Assembly (NCBI GenBank): GCA_000002445.1
Contig: CM000208.1
Span: 960,001 to 1,024,000, forward strand
Reading direction: 5' to 3'
DNA from: Trypanosoma brucei
Lineage: Eukaryota
Length of the DNA: 64,000 nt
A program made the translations under genes and the position numbers. Below, one piece after another: positions 1-10,823 of this stretch. Position 1 is the first letter of the stretch, and each line of letters begins with the position of its first letter. The notes beneath the pieces are model-generated. The model was not told the origin of the DNA. It did not search any database and saw nothing but the letters and a program-made list of their open reading frames with translations.

Positions 1-514
1 GGTGCTGCTGCGCAAATCCTGCATAAAGCGATTCCACTATTTCCAATTCATTAATACGAAGCACATCACCATTCGTCCACTGGAACTTGCCATTTGTGTA
101 TTGCCGTATCTGCTCGAGATGACCGTTAAATCGTTCATCTTGTTCAATACCCAACACACCAACACACGGCCGAGTTAACAGGCTACGAGTCAAAGCCCCT
201 GCACCAGGGCCCAGTTCCAGCAACAACTTGTCCGGCGTGCGTAGCGTTGTGCGACTAAGCAGCGCTGCTACCTGGTGTGTAAGCTTCAGGTTCAAAATGA
301 AGCGCTGGCCATACTTGGCAAGGTAACCGGCGTGCGGTACTTTGAAAAGTTGTTTAAGGCCCTCCGCCTTTACGCGTGGCCCTCCGGGGCAGCGCAGCGG
401 CGGAAGAGGTGATGCTGCGGCATCCGTACTTGGTTTACTGACGCCTCTCCTGGAGTATAATAAAGCAGCAGACGCAGAAGTCACTTGCGACCGGTTGAGG
501 AATCGACGGGACAT
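1..514 (-). CDS. rRNA adenine N6-dimethyltransferase family protein (KsgA/Dim1/TFB1M-like), partial; C-terminus runs off the window start
   Basis: Hand translation of the minus strand gives MSRRFLNRSQVTSASAALLYSRRGVSKPST...FKVPHAGYLAKYGQRFILNLKLTHQV...LLLELGPGAGALTRSLL...VLGIEQDERF...FQWTNGDVL. This carries the GQNF[LI] N-terminal motif and the LE[IL]GPGxGxLT SAM-binding motif I of the KsgA/Dim1 family. ATG confirmed as cat at plus 512-514. The R/S-rich N-terminus looks like a mitochondrial presequence. Confidence 0.6.
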   Translation of the reverse strand, partial: MSRRFLNRSQVTSASAALLYSRRGVSKPSTDAAASPLPPLRCPGGPRVKAEGLKQLFKVPHAGYLAKYGQRFILNLKLTHQVAALLSRTTLRTPDKLLLELGPGAGALTRSLLTRPCVGVLGIEQDERFNGHLEQIRQYTNGKFQWTNGDVLRINELEIVESLYAGFAQQH

Positions 515-2439
515 AAGCGATAGAGTGAATGCAAAAAATAAAACCGATGAAAACTAACAAATTCCCTCGCCCACAGCACTATGGGAACAGGTGTGAAGAA
601 CACAAGAGAGCACCGAAACAAGAAATGACAGAAGAAAATAAGGGAAATATATACGCCAAATGAGTTTTTTTTTAAAAAAGAAAACTGCCACCGATGTCGG
701 GGCGCGACTCAAAGGAGGCGCAGTCATGCGCGCAAACATAAATACAAGGGAAGTACGAGCGGGTGGCAACCGAGCACAAACGTAATTAGGAAATGTCATG
801 GTGCAAGTAGGCAGGACCCCCTAACCCACTGACACAACTTCCTGAAATTTTACCGCTTAAGCAGAAGAGCCCCCAGATTTCCCCCCTTTCTTATAACCCT
901 TCAATATAACACACATACGCATATCTCGTTTCCCATGCTCTTACCAAACCACGACACCAAAACATCACAGAAAGCGGCAAATATTATTTTTATCGATATT
1001 ATATGATGCCGGTGGAAGGCACACTGTTGAAAAATCTCTACAGTTGCCATTATTCAAAGTTTGTCAGTCAATCTCAATAACAACAAAAGAAAAAGTTATG
1101 ACGCGTCTGAAGGCTAAACTGCAAGTTACTGCACCCGAAGCGACTTTACCGCACTCACATAAATGACGCATACACGGAGAAATATATGTTTATAAACATA
1201 CAACGACACCGTCAATATTGGCGACAACAACAACGACAAAAGAGAGATGGATGTGGAAAAATACAATGCTATTTTGCTAACTGAAGTTGTGTATATCAAA
1301 GCAACTGGCTCACTTCAAAACATTCATGATCACAAAAAGAGGAATAGACAAGGTGAAGATATGGAATAAAACGCAAAACAAACAACCGAAAAAAAAAAGA
1401 TAATTGCGCTACTGTAAACAACCAAATGAAAAATATAGAAAAAAAAAATGTGCGTATTCATAGTAAAAAGGAGAAAAAGGGAATGAAAAGAGAGCTACTC
1501 GCAAAAGTAAGGCGGAAAGAAAAAAAAAAGAGCCAGCTGTGATAAATGTTAAGTCACGCACAAACTGTAGTATGTCGCAGTGGTGTGCCTTCCATTCCTC
1601 GAATGTGCATGGACGGAGAGAACAACAAAAAGGTTTGAGAGCGTCAGTATTGACAAAAAAAGGAAAAAAAAGAAAAAATGATCAGTGGTAATGATACTAA
1701 TAATAAGAATAATGAAGAAGAGGAGTGGAGACAAACTCACTTTGATGTTGCCCCTGACGTCCGTGTCGAATTCTCCATCTTAACTTTCCCATTTATCAAA
1801 AATTATTATTAATGATAATAGAAAATGAATAAGTGAATGCACATTCACATTCACTCTATGCCCGATGCTCACAACACACGCCACAAACACTTTAAAAATG
1901 TGTATTTTTCTTCCTTCCGATGTCAACCATTCATCAGGGTCCCTTGAGGCGTCATCCCCTCAATGAAGAGAGCAAAAGTAACCCCCTCCCCCGCAAAAAA
2001 AAAAACGATAAAAAATATCAAAAGAAAAAAAAAGAGTAAATAGTCCCCGCGCACAACAAAAAGGAAGTAGGAAGACAACATGTTCGCTACTTCTTCTTTC
2101 CACTTTGTGTTTTGCTCTTCTGTCTTCACATCCACCGCCATCCTGACACCTCTCCTCCATCACACGAAAACAACCAAACGACAAAAAAAAACATCAGAAA
2201 AGCGAATCGCTGGCACTTGCCAAGTGGAACAAAAGTACAAATCCCGTTCTTTGGGGAGTAAATATTGGTTTCAGAAGAAGGAAAATAACAACCAAGACGA
2301 ACAAACAAATACGGAATTCATATGAACAAAGAAAGAAGAAAAGGAATGATAAATCAACAAACTTTAGATGTCGATGTTACGCTCCTCTATTTATCTATCG
2401 TATTTTCATATTCCTTTATCTTCATTATCATTTCGCACG

Positions 2440-3948
2440 TCAGGTACCACAGCCGCACTGACTCTTACTTGGGTTGTTGGTATTTGTTGTGCCGAACACT
2501 AAGAAAAAGACCACTTCCGATATGTTCAGCTGACCGCGCAATTTTTTAGTATTAGGATCAACAAGGAACAGCTCCCTCACCCGCTGACGTACAAAGAAAA
2601 TAAATATTTCACGCAGCGTGTCATTCTCATAGAATACCCTAATCTTCTTTGGCGGTCTATCGCCAAGCGCGCCTCGTACGGTGAGTTGTGTGTTGTAAAC
2701 CCCATTATCTTCAATCCGCACAATATCACTGCGGCCAATGGCATCAACGACAACATCATTTTCTGACACCACAGCGATACAATCAATATTGTGCAGCAAT
2801 AGCAGACGTAGGGCATCCAGAAATGGAGTCTCTAATGTTACGCTAATAGGTGTCTTACGATGCTGTCCAAGTTGAGGAACAAAACGAAATGGTACGTCAG
2901 TAATCGCCTTATACGGCCCTACGCTTGCGTAGCTGCCAAAGTCAACTGGATTCTCCCGCCCCTCATTTAGTACGAGGTCGTGTAAATTACGCACATGAAG
3001 AGGAAGTGTTACACCTCCCCTCGAAAACTCGGAGTTGCTGGCGACTACACTGTCAATGAAGGGACGGTATCCGGACACGGCTTCTAACGCACTCGGCCCC
3101 CCCGTACCTTCTGCGTAATCCGACGCCTCCCGACTCGTGATGGAGGAACTCATCGCCGTGTCTGCACTGACCCCGCGAGGGCCAGATCCCTGTGACTCCA
3201 CAGAAAGAAAAAGCGCCCCCAAGTATGATAGAATTTGCTGAAGGTCGAGTAACGCCTTTACGTTAAAGTCCTCACTTTCCTTTTCTACAAGAACGACAAT
3301 ACGTTTCGCTTTATTGTTCATTATCTGAGCCAAGCATTCACTCACTGATGTCTCTGATGTACATGTAATAAGTGGCGGAACAGGGGAAAGCGAACACAAC
3401 CTATCAAATGAGTTTGCCAGTGTTTCTGCCTCAGTTGCACCTGCGTTCACAGTGCCACTGGGTTTATAGTTTCTGACCTTTTCGCGCCAATACCGAATGG
3501 TGTACTGGGGAACTCGTTCCGCCTCATCGGGATGATCGCTACAGTACAGCAATATTTCAATATAATCTGTGGAGCTCAAGACCCCACAGACGGCGCATTC
3601 CTCCCTGTCCCACAAGACGCAAGCGGCGAGCCCTCTCTCCTGCGCGGCGATAAATGCAGTCGTTAGTTCAACATCCACATCAAGTAGCACAACTTGGGTG
3701 GATGTTCCGAGAACTTCGTAGCATCTGCAGCGGGAGAGTAACTCCCTTACAGGATTCGCCAGTTGTTTACACTCATCATCAGTAGGGAAATACCCCACTT
3801 GTTGACTGGTCCTGTGACCATGCGATTCCGGTCCAAAGTTATTACTGGTGATACTGGAGGCAGCGACGGCGACACTGTTGCGGCGAGACTCAGAACTTGC
3901 AGCTATGTACGCTGCGGGGGTATCAAATAAATGGTCATACTGAGACAT
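2440..3948 (-). CDS. AMP-activated protein kinase gamma subunit-like protein (tandem CBS domains), 502 aa
   Basis: ATG confirmed (cat at 3946-3948). CBS-pair signature resembling AMPK gamma/SNF4 (AFIAAQERGLAACVLWD..., AKRIVVL, DCIAVVSENDVVVDAIGRSDIV). S/T-rich N-terminal extension. Confidence 0.7.
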   Translation of the reverse strand: MSQYDHLFDTPAAYIAASSESRRNSVAVAASSITSNNFGPESHGHRTSQQVGYFPTDDECKQLANPVRELLSRCRCYEVLGTSTQVVLLDVDVELTTAFIAAQERGLAACVLWDREECAVCGVLSSTDYIEILLYCSDHPDEAERVPQYTIRYWREKVRNYKPSGTVNAGATEAETLANSFDRLCSLSPVPPLITCTSETSVSECLAQIMNNKAKRIVVLVEKESEDFNVKALLDLQQILSYLGALFLSVESQGSGPRGVSADTAMSSSITSREASDYAEGTGGPSALEAVSGYRPFIDSVVASNSEFSRGGVTLPLHVRNLHDLVLNEGRENPVDFGSYASVGPYKAITDVPFRFVPQLGQHRKTPISVTLETPFLDALRLLLLHNIDCIAVVSENDVVVDAIGRSDIVRIEDNGVYNTQLTVRGALGDRPPKKIRVFYENDTLREIFIFFVRQRVRELFLVDPNTKKLRGQLNISEVVFFLVFGTTNTNNPSKSQCGCGT

Positions 3949-4280
3949 AGCTTCTTCCCCTCCGCACTGTATCCTTCTCTTTGTTTTCTCTGTATCGTTT
4001 TATTTTGTAATGTACTTTTTTTTTTATTTCTTACTTTTAATGCTTCCCTCAAAGTGAATCCTTACCTTATTCGCCTTTTCCCCCTTTGTTACTTTACAAG
4101 CTCTTACTCACCCCCAACGTGGCCAATGTTCTACACTTGTTTATCTCCGCTACTCTTATTTTCACTTATTTCCCTTTCAAAGTACTAAGGAATGTATATA
4201 GACCCTACCGTTCCTTTGTTCAAAACAGGTGAAGAACGTTTTTGCTTTTAATCCCGTTTTTCTCCTCAGCTAAACTACAC

Positions 4281-4346
4281 AGGAAAATACGCGGAAAAGG
4301 AAATAGGAGAAGAAAACATGAAATGAAATGGAATGAACAAATGAAT
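4281..4346 (-). promoter_or_regulatory. Polypyrimidine tract upstream of AMPK-gamma-like ORF
   Basis: Plus-strand purine run (aggaaaatacgcggaaaaggaaataggagaagaaaacatgaaatgaaatggaatgaacaaatgaa), 330-400 nt upstream of ATG 3948. Confidence 0.35.
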
Positions 4347-5184
4347 CCATAGTAAACCAGTTAAAATTAACAACAGTAGCAACACTTTTTTTTTCTATTA
4401 TAATTGTCCCTTGCAGGTTGATCCCTTCACTTCTCACCCCGTCATCAAATTCAGCCCCTTTTGGAGTTGCTGAAGCGCGAGGGAAATAAATACGTGGAAT
4501 CACACTGAAGTGGTTATCAATATTACGGCAGTAACATTGATGCCACCGACGATGAGTGTTGGTCGACGGGAAGACGCTTCGTTCCCCTCTCCCCCCCTAT
4601 ACTCACATATATTAACATCTTCCCCTCTTTTGCACGTGTGGGTGCTGTTTATTTTTTTTATTTTCGTGTCGACCTGATTTCAAAGGATTGGTTCATTTTA
4701 ATATGATAGTCTCACTAAGTCGGAAAGTAATACATACATAGCTTGCTATAAATATATGTTCCTGTCCCATACACTTTCCTCTTACTTCCTTCAATATACC
4801 TTTAACAACAACTCTCACTGCTTCCGGTACTTGAATACAAATGCGTAAGTCCTTCCTTTGTGAGAAAAGGTAGTGAGCCAAAAAAAAAAAAAACAAAACA
4901 GCAACACTAAGTTTTACAAAAGCGTTTGTGCAACGGACAAGGACACATAACGAAAGCGAGCGCACAACATACATGTGAAGAAGGGAAAGCAAAGTGAAAA
5001 GATGAAACTACTAGTGTTAGAGGGTAGACGAAGGTGACCCAATAGTCATATATGTGTGAACGCATATATGACTGCAAGAATTCGCATCATACCCTTGACA
5101 AAGAGAAAATCGAATAAACGCCAGCCACTGCTCAAAACAGCGAATGCACTGCTGCAGCACATAGTTTCAATTTCCAGCATCACG

Positions 5185-5880
5185 TCAACTCACCATATGA
5201 TCGCTTCCCGTACGAGGCTGAATGAGCTTCTTCCAGTTCAGCAAGTAGGCGTTGATAACCGCCCGCACCATTGTGGAAAGGTGAGTGGTGGCCAACTCGA
5301 CCTTCAGCATGAAATCCGCGTCAATTTGGCGAAGTTCCAACAGAAGAGAAGGAGATTGGCTTCCTCCCTTTGTCTTGCCGCTCTCCGCATCAACGCTTCC
5401 AAGCAACTTATCCTCCACTGTTGATCGCGCGCTCAAGTACTCCCGAAGGGCATACATTCCAATAGGTGTCGGTGCGCCGCCGCTGCCACTCTTTTCACCA
5501 CTTCCGAGCGTCTTAATCTCAAGTTCGTCAATGACTTTCAACACAGCGTGCTGCACAGCCACACCAAGGTTATCTTCTTCCTTATGCTCGGGGATGCGAA
5601 TTGCGATGACGGTCCGGATGGTTTCTGCCTGGCAATAAACGTTGTGGCAAAGATCTTGGTATCGCTGCAGCACTCCCAAAAGTTGTTCTGGCGACTTTTC
5701 AGCCTGGGCACGGCCGTACGTGCTGTTACGAATGGTGGCATGAGCCTCGACTGCCGCCTTCGCGATTCCTTCAATCTCCTGAAGTGTACCGGCGGCCCAT
5801 TCCTCGATGACAGCAAAGCTGCTTGTTTCCGTGTAACTATCACGAAGATTCTGAATGAGTGCGGCGCGTTTCGGTGGCAT
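5185..5880 (-). CDS. PA26: Proteasome activator PA26 (11S/PA28 family), 231 aa
   Basis: The track ORF begins at GTG (5896-5898). The first ATG is M7 (cat at 5878-5880), giving MPPKRAALIQNLRDSYTETSSF...DHMVS. That is 231 aa, which matches my recollection of T. brucei PA26 in length and sequence. Confidence 0.8.
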   Translation of the reverse strand: MPPKRAALIQNLRDSYTETSSFAVIEEWAAGTLQEIEGIAKAAVEAHATIRNSTYGRAQAEKSPEQLLGVLQRYQDLCHNVYCQAETIRTVIAIRIPEHKEEDNLGVAVQHAVLKVIDELEIKTLGSGEKSGSGGAPTPIGMYALREYLSARSTVEDKLLGSVDAESGKTKGGSQSPSLLLELRQIDADFMLKVELATTHLSTMVRAVINAYLLNWKKLIQPRTGSDHMVS

Positions 5881-6361
5881 TAGATTCCAACGACACACAG
5901 CACACGACCCTGGGGAAATGTATAGTTAGTTCGGTTATCCTTCCCTTCCAGGAGTTACAAGATTTGATCACTCTTGTATCTTGGATATTTGCTTGGTTTG
6001 GTCTTAACTGTCGCGTTTTCCTGGTGTTAAGCAGAGAAAATAAAAAAAGGATATAATACAAAGTCGCTTAATGGTGTGACTGCGCTAAGAAAAACACGTG
6101 GAATCAGTCGTACGCCATTGAGTGTCCCCCACTTTTCTCGTCTACCGTTACTTCCCGAACGACCGTAATCACGTCTCCATGCAGATTCAATCGTGGAAAC
6201 TGGTAACACTGCGAAACGTAAGTAAAAAATGACTTTATTACGGGAGACAGTGTATCATATTGTCTGCACTATCCGGAAATACCAGCGCAACAGGCATACG
6301 TGTGTGCAACCTGTCCACTGCAACTGAGACAGCGAGAAAACCAACAATATATAAATAAACG

Positions 6362-6391
<30 letters not shown>
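6362..6391. repeat. (TA)15 microsatellite
   Basis: Perfect tatatata... run in the spacer between the PA26 gene and the FHA-protein gene. Confidence 0.9.
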
Positions 6392-6392
<1 letters not shown>

Positions 6393-6488
6393 CACGTTTA
6401 TTTAAGCATCACAAAGAAAATGAAAAACACGAGTAGCCACAACAGTGCATTGAATTATTGTATTGTAGGCGTCATCTGCATCAGGTGC

Positions 6489-8015
6489 TCACCATCTATT
6501 CCGCTTACGGGGTCGGGGGACCGTCAGTGACGATTTTCCACTAATAGCTTTCCCCTTCTTGGCACCAGCGTCCAGTTTTACAGACGACTGCACCGACCTC
6601 CTCCCTTCGCGCTGCAGCCCGTTTGATACCTTTATGGGTTCAACAAACTGCGTCCGACAAGTAAGCCCCACAGGGCTTGGACTACGCCTGGAAAAGACAT
6701 AAACGGGAAGTTGTGGGGGAAGCACAACGCATGGCTCTTCAACTTCCGTGGGGATGTTATCATTTCTATTTCCCCTCGTAATTACACGTGGTCGCACAGG
6801 TGAAATGGTATCGTCAACAATAGCGGATGCACTGTGACCAGTCATCTCGTATGGAAAGCGGCCGTCACAGTTGAACACCTTGGGTGGTGTGATGTCTTCA
6901 TCGTAGTCATGGCATACAACTACGGGAGTTTCGCGAACGTCGATACCTTTCGTGGGAGTTTTAGTATACACCTCACTGAGGTACTTCGGTTCGTCCTGCT
7001 CCAGTTTACAATCCTTCCCTTCCTCTAGCGAACTAAGTGCATTATTCGTTTTGGGTGGGGATAAACCTGATAACCCTCCATCAACGTTCTGACAAACTCC
7101 TGCCGACACCGAGTCAAGGGGTTGCGGGAGGCGACGTGGAGCAACCGACTCCCGATAGCGTGCTATTCGCTTGCCACCGACCTCAACAAATGAGGGAATA
7201 GTAGTTCCACATTCCGGAAACGAGGCTGTAGAGCAACCAGGTGAACCATTAGATCGTTGGGGAGCGGTGTGATTATAAGACAAATATTTACTTTCATCCC
7301 CGTTAGCAACATGCACACCGTAGGTCAAACCACTTTGTCCCGTAGCTCCCGAGTTCACGTTATCCTCTGGTCGAAGCGGCTGCAGTATACCACCTTCTTC
7401 ATCAAACGGGTTCTCCAGAAACGAAATGATGTCATTCTCACAGAGACAATGGCTGCGTCCTTGTGGAAGCTGTCTATCATTCACATATAGTGGGTTAGAA
7501 CCGCTGTTAAGCAAGCAGAAGTAGGGCCCCTCGAACTTCGTTGTCCCATTATCGCCGCACTTATATCCTGTTGTACTGCGACCACTGTTTGTTCCTGAGG
7601 GAACGCCCCACGTCATGGGTGGAAACTTGGAAAGCACTTTCCTGTGGAACACAGTATTTTCGACATGAACAACACGGCATTGAAGCCGACTGATGGACCC
7701 GTGTTTTAGTCGGTAGTCAGATGGCAAGAGCGTATGACGACCCAATACCACATGCGGTATTGTTTTCATCCATTCGTCCGTCTGAACACCAGCTAGTCCA
7801 CTACTCGCCTTGGTGTTGCATACACTTCCCCTCCCAACACGCCGCGGAATGCGATTTTTCTTTACTCTGGCAGAACCGCTATCTTCACTCCAGCTGTTGT
7901 AGAAATGCTCCAGCAGCAGTGGCTGTGGGGATGTGGGAAGAATGAGATCATTGTTACAGATGCACCCGTTGATAACTTTTAGTTGCCATACCGGCAATGG
8001 CACATCCCCTCGCAT
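6489..8015 (-). CDS. FHA-domain protein (start uncertain; 508 aa from the first ATG)
   Basis: The track ORF starts at GTG (8253-8255). The first in-frame ATG is at codon 81 (cat 8013-8015). FHA-like core: GRHTLLPSDYRLKHGSISRLQCRV...NGTTKFEGPYFCLLNSGSNPLYVNDRQLPQG...ENDIISF. Taking this ATG also restores a normal ~500-bp spacer to the upstream gene. Confidence 0.55.
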   Translation of the reverse strand: MRGDVPLPVWQLKVINGCICNNDLILPTSPQPLLLEHFYNSWSEDSGSARVKKNRIPRRVGRGSVCNTKASSGLAGVQTDEWMKTIPHVVLGRHTLLPSDYRLKHGSISRLQCRVVHVENTVFHRKVLSKFPPMTWGVPSGTNSGRSTTGYKCGDNGTTKFEGPYFCLLNSGSNPLYVNDRQLPQGRSHCLCENDIISFLENPFDEEGGILQPLRPEDNVNSGATGQSGLTYGVHVANGDESKYLSYNHTAPQRSNGSPGCSTASFPECGTTIPSFVEVGGKRIARYRESVAPRRLPQPLDSVSAGVCQNVDGGLSGLSPPKTNNALSSLEEGKDCKLEQDEPKYLSEVYTKTPTKGIDVRETPVVVCHDYDEDITPPKVFNCDGRFPYEMTGHSASAIVDDTISPVRPRVITRGNRNDNIPTEVEEPCVVLPPQLPVYVFSRRSPSPVGLTCRTQFVEPIKVSNGLQREGRRSVQSSVKLDAGAKKGKAISGKSSLTVPRPRKRNRW

Positions 8016-8517
8016 CAGTCCGTAGTAGGTTGCGTTGACCAACAGCAGCAACGGATGTATATGTCCTTTTATCTCCAGTTCGTGCGTTCCTCCTCTTCCT
8101 CTTTGCCGGTCCAACCCTGCGGAAGATAGACCTAACAAACACACCGCAGGGAAGAGAGACAATATGGGGTTAAAAAGTACAGTTAATTTCTTCAAAATAA
8201 CGAATATCAGTGAACACGGGTGCGTGAGACAAGAAAAGGAAATACAATAACGCACATGTCCATATTAAATTCACCTCTGTCCATACGTAAAGTGTGAACA
8301 CGTGAGCCCTATTCACTCCCCTGCTTCACGGCCACTCTGCCAGCAACACCAACACACAACCCCCCCCCACACACCCCACAGGGTAATGGGAGCAAGAAAA
8401 CAAATATTTTGAAGCTCCCCTCCCTCCATCCATCCATACGAGCGAGCAAACTAACATTAAAAAAAACACTCACCTCTCTTCAAAACAACTACTGCCTGGC
8501 GTATTTAACCGTCCTCG

Positions 8518-10536
8518 TCACCGTGCTGGTCGCGCCCACGGGTCCTGGGCTACTCGTTCCGGTATGGGCCCCCTATCCGGCGTGTACATTTCCTCCTGTC
8601 GACTCTCCTCCAGAAGCTCAAAAAGCCCACGAGCCCTCCTCTTCAGTTTCTCTCTCCCCGACTCCCCGTGCCGCATTTCTTCTTCCTCACCCGTTTCCCG
8701 CTCCCGCATTGTTGCGTGCTCCATATCTCTCTGGCGCATCACAAGGAGTTGTAGGAAAATGCTGAAAATCAGCATAGCAACGAGCAACCTGGGCGTGCGC
8801 GCGTACTTGGAGTCCAATGTGGGAGCGCATTTTGGGCACTTGCACCAAAAGCGGTACCGGTCATGAAGCACATACTGACGGTTGTCAAACGACCACTCAG
8901 GTGGTACATAGCTAATGAGGATTTCGGAGCCCGCAGGAATGTCAGCGGTAGCACGACAGCAGAACAGATATTCCACAGTCCCACTAGGAATTATTTGGTT
9001 ACCATCAGCATTGTGCACATCCTCCATGCACTCATCCTCACTAGCATCCCTATCGCTTTTCGTGTCACTCGTGGTGTTACGCCCACTCGTGGCATCAACT
9101 ATGTCATTGTTGCTGCTTTTCGTGTACTCACCGTAGTTGGTAGCACAGAACGCGGCATTGGCCGAGTCCCCCAACTCGTCAACGTAGTAATCTGTCTCAC
9201 AGAAAGTGTGCGCCGGAATTACATCGTACGTTGCATTAGGAGAACAACTGTGGTTAAAAAAACCTGCTTCTGGAAAGTATGCCATACCCTTACGCACGGC
9301 GTACGAAGACTCCACGAGAAAGCTGTTCATATCCATAATGGCTGCTAATCGCGCAATGTGGATCTCGTGCAACTCAAGAGCACGCAACACCTCCGCGCCG
9401 CCAATACACTCCAAAACCTGTTTGGTTGCGCTGCGCGGCCAATGCAACAACAAGGATGATGGCTGACCTGTTAAAACCCAGTCGTGTAGGAAGTCCAACT
9501 TTTGCGGGTTTCCATTGCAGAAGTTATTGTACGTGTCCGACAAAACGTCCGTGCACATCTCCACTAGACGCTCGATCTCACTTTTCACGCCAAGATTCCT
9601 CGCAGTGTTGCGGACGATCATAATGGTTTCACCAGCCGACACATCCCGAGTTGTAAAAACACCACGACCTGTCAGTGCAAAGCTATTCTTGATGACTGTC
9701 TCCTGTAGCACCTTGCCATTGCAAGACGGTAGACTTTGGTGCAACGTAGAGCGATGCTGAAGGCCGCGAAAATCACGAGGGAGAGGTAACATTACCTCCC
9801 CCATCGTTGCTGCAGCCACCTCCGTGGTATTATCAGAAGTAAACGCGTCCTCAAAGCCCACCTCACCCGTTCCCACCACTCCCAGCTGACCATCTCCATG
9901 TACAATAAACGGACCAGTCGGTGTCTTCTTTACCCAGGGGTGCGATTGTGCAGGTGGGAGCTCCGGGACGTTGTCACGCCGGTCGTATACCGGGTAATCT
10001 GGGTCAAGTGCTACCACAAGCATTTGTTGATGTCGCTTAATCCGACGGAACTGAGGAACAACGTCATCTGGATGGGGAGGGTACGGAATGGTGGAGTTGC
10101 GTTGTTGGTGGTGGTGCGCGATTTCACGCTCCTTTCTAAACAAAAATGCACGCACCTCATTTTCCGAGAGGTCCCCCACCCGATTTCCGCCAAAGACAGT
10201 TTCTGCTTTATCATTGATACCGTTGACGCCTTCTCCGCCTCCACACCGGCTTAGTTCATCTGCTTCCTCCGATTTAGACTTCTGCGGGTCGTGCAGAGTT
10301 ACGTGCACACGCGGGTACGCAGCAGATGTTTGCATCATCCGCGCATTCACTGCCTCAGTGCGGGGGACAGATGCGGAGCCGCAATAGTTCTCACCGGTAT
10401 GGCAATAAGGCGGTGTTTGCTTTCCTTCATCGGCACTTGTCCCATTCTTCTTGGCACTCTGCTGGCGACGGGAAACGAAGCAGCTGATGCAGTGCGACCT
10501 CAAGACGCCATTGGCACCTGGGAAATACGGACGCAT
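8518..10536 (-). CDS. SET-domain protein-lysine methyltransferase-like with post-SET Cys cluster and C-terminal hydrophobic anchor
   Basis: GTG at 10543-10545; first ATG is M4 (cat 10534-10536). SET motifs: GRGVFTTRDVSAGETIMIV, FFNHSCSPNATYDV, ELxISY. Post-SET-like CKCPKC. C-terminal hydrophobic segment LLVAMLIFSIFLQLLVM. Confidence 0.65.
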   Translation of the reverse strand: MRPYFPGANGVLRSHCISCFVSRRQQSAKKNGTSADEGKQTPPYCHTGENYCGSASVPRTEAVNARMMQTSAAYPRVHVTLHDPQKSKSEEADELSRCGGGEGVNGINDKAETVFGGNRVGDLSENEVRAFLFRKEREIAHHHQQRNSTIPYPPHPDDVVPQFRRIKRHQQMLVVALDPDYPVYDRRDNVPELPPAQSHPWVKKTPTGPFIVHGDGQLGVVGTGEVGFEDAFTSDNTTEVAAATMGEVMLPLPRDFRGLQHRSTLHQSLPSCNGKVLQETVIKNSFALTGRGVFTTRDVSAGETIMIVRNTARNLGVKSEIERLVEMCTDVLSDTYNNFCNGNPQKLDFLHDWVLTGQPSSLLLHWPRSATKQVLECIGGAEVLRALELHEIHIARLAAIMDMNSFLVESSYAVRKGMAYFPEAGFFNHSCSPNATYDVIPAHTFCETDYYVDELGDSANAAFCATNYGEYTKSSNNDIVDATSGRNTTSDTKSDRDASEDECMEDVHNADGNQIIPSGTVEYLFCCRATADIPAGSEILISYVPPEWSFDNRQYVLHDRYRFWCKCPKCAPTLDSKYARTPRLLVAMLIFSIFLQLLVMRQRDMEHATMRERETGEEEEMRHGESGREKLKRRARGLFELLEESRQEEMYTPDRGPIPERVAQDPWARPAR

Positions 10537-10568
10537 CAAAAGCACAACAAGAGCCGCCTAACGTATAA

Positions 10569-10591
10569 TATATATATATATATATATATAT
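10569..10591. repeat. (AT)11 microsatellite ~33 nt upstream of SET-gene ATG
   Basis: Perfect AT dinucleotide run seen directly. It lies between ATG 10536 and the stop of the upstream gene at 10824. Confidence 0.9.
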
Positions 10592-10823
10592 CAAACACGC
10601 ATTTAAATTCAAAAGAAAATTAAACAAATGAAACTATGTGAATGTAAAGCACGAAAAAGCGTAGCAAACTCCGCTAAATGGAGCTATCAACTTTTCGAAA
10701 CAACATATTTATGTGCGTGCACGCATATCTCTCCCGGAGATATTCAAACGAACACCACCTGCAACGGCAACCAAGAACCAACACGACATCTCTCCCCCCT
10801 CACAACTGATGCCCCATTTTTCA

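Noticed and set aside
817-827. Telomere-like ccccctaaccc
   Set aside because: Single unit only, not a tandem TTAGGG array. Chance occurrence.
4190-5184. Short minus-strand ORFs (77 and 99 aa) in the AMPK-gamma/PA26 spacer
   Set aside because: Hydrophobic or low-complexity translations with no conserved features. Consistent with UTR/spacer sequence rather than small genes.
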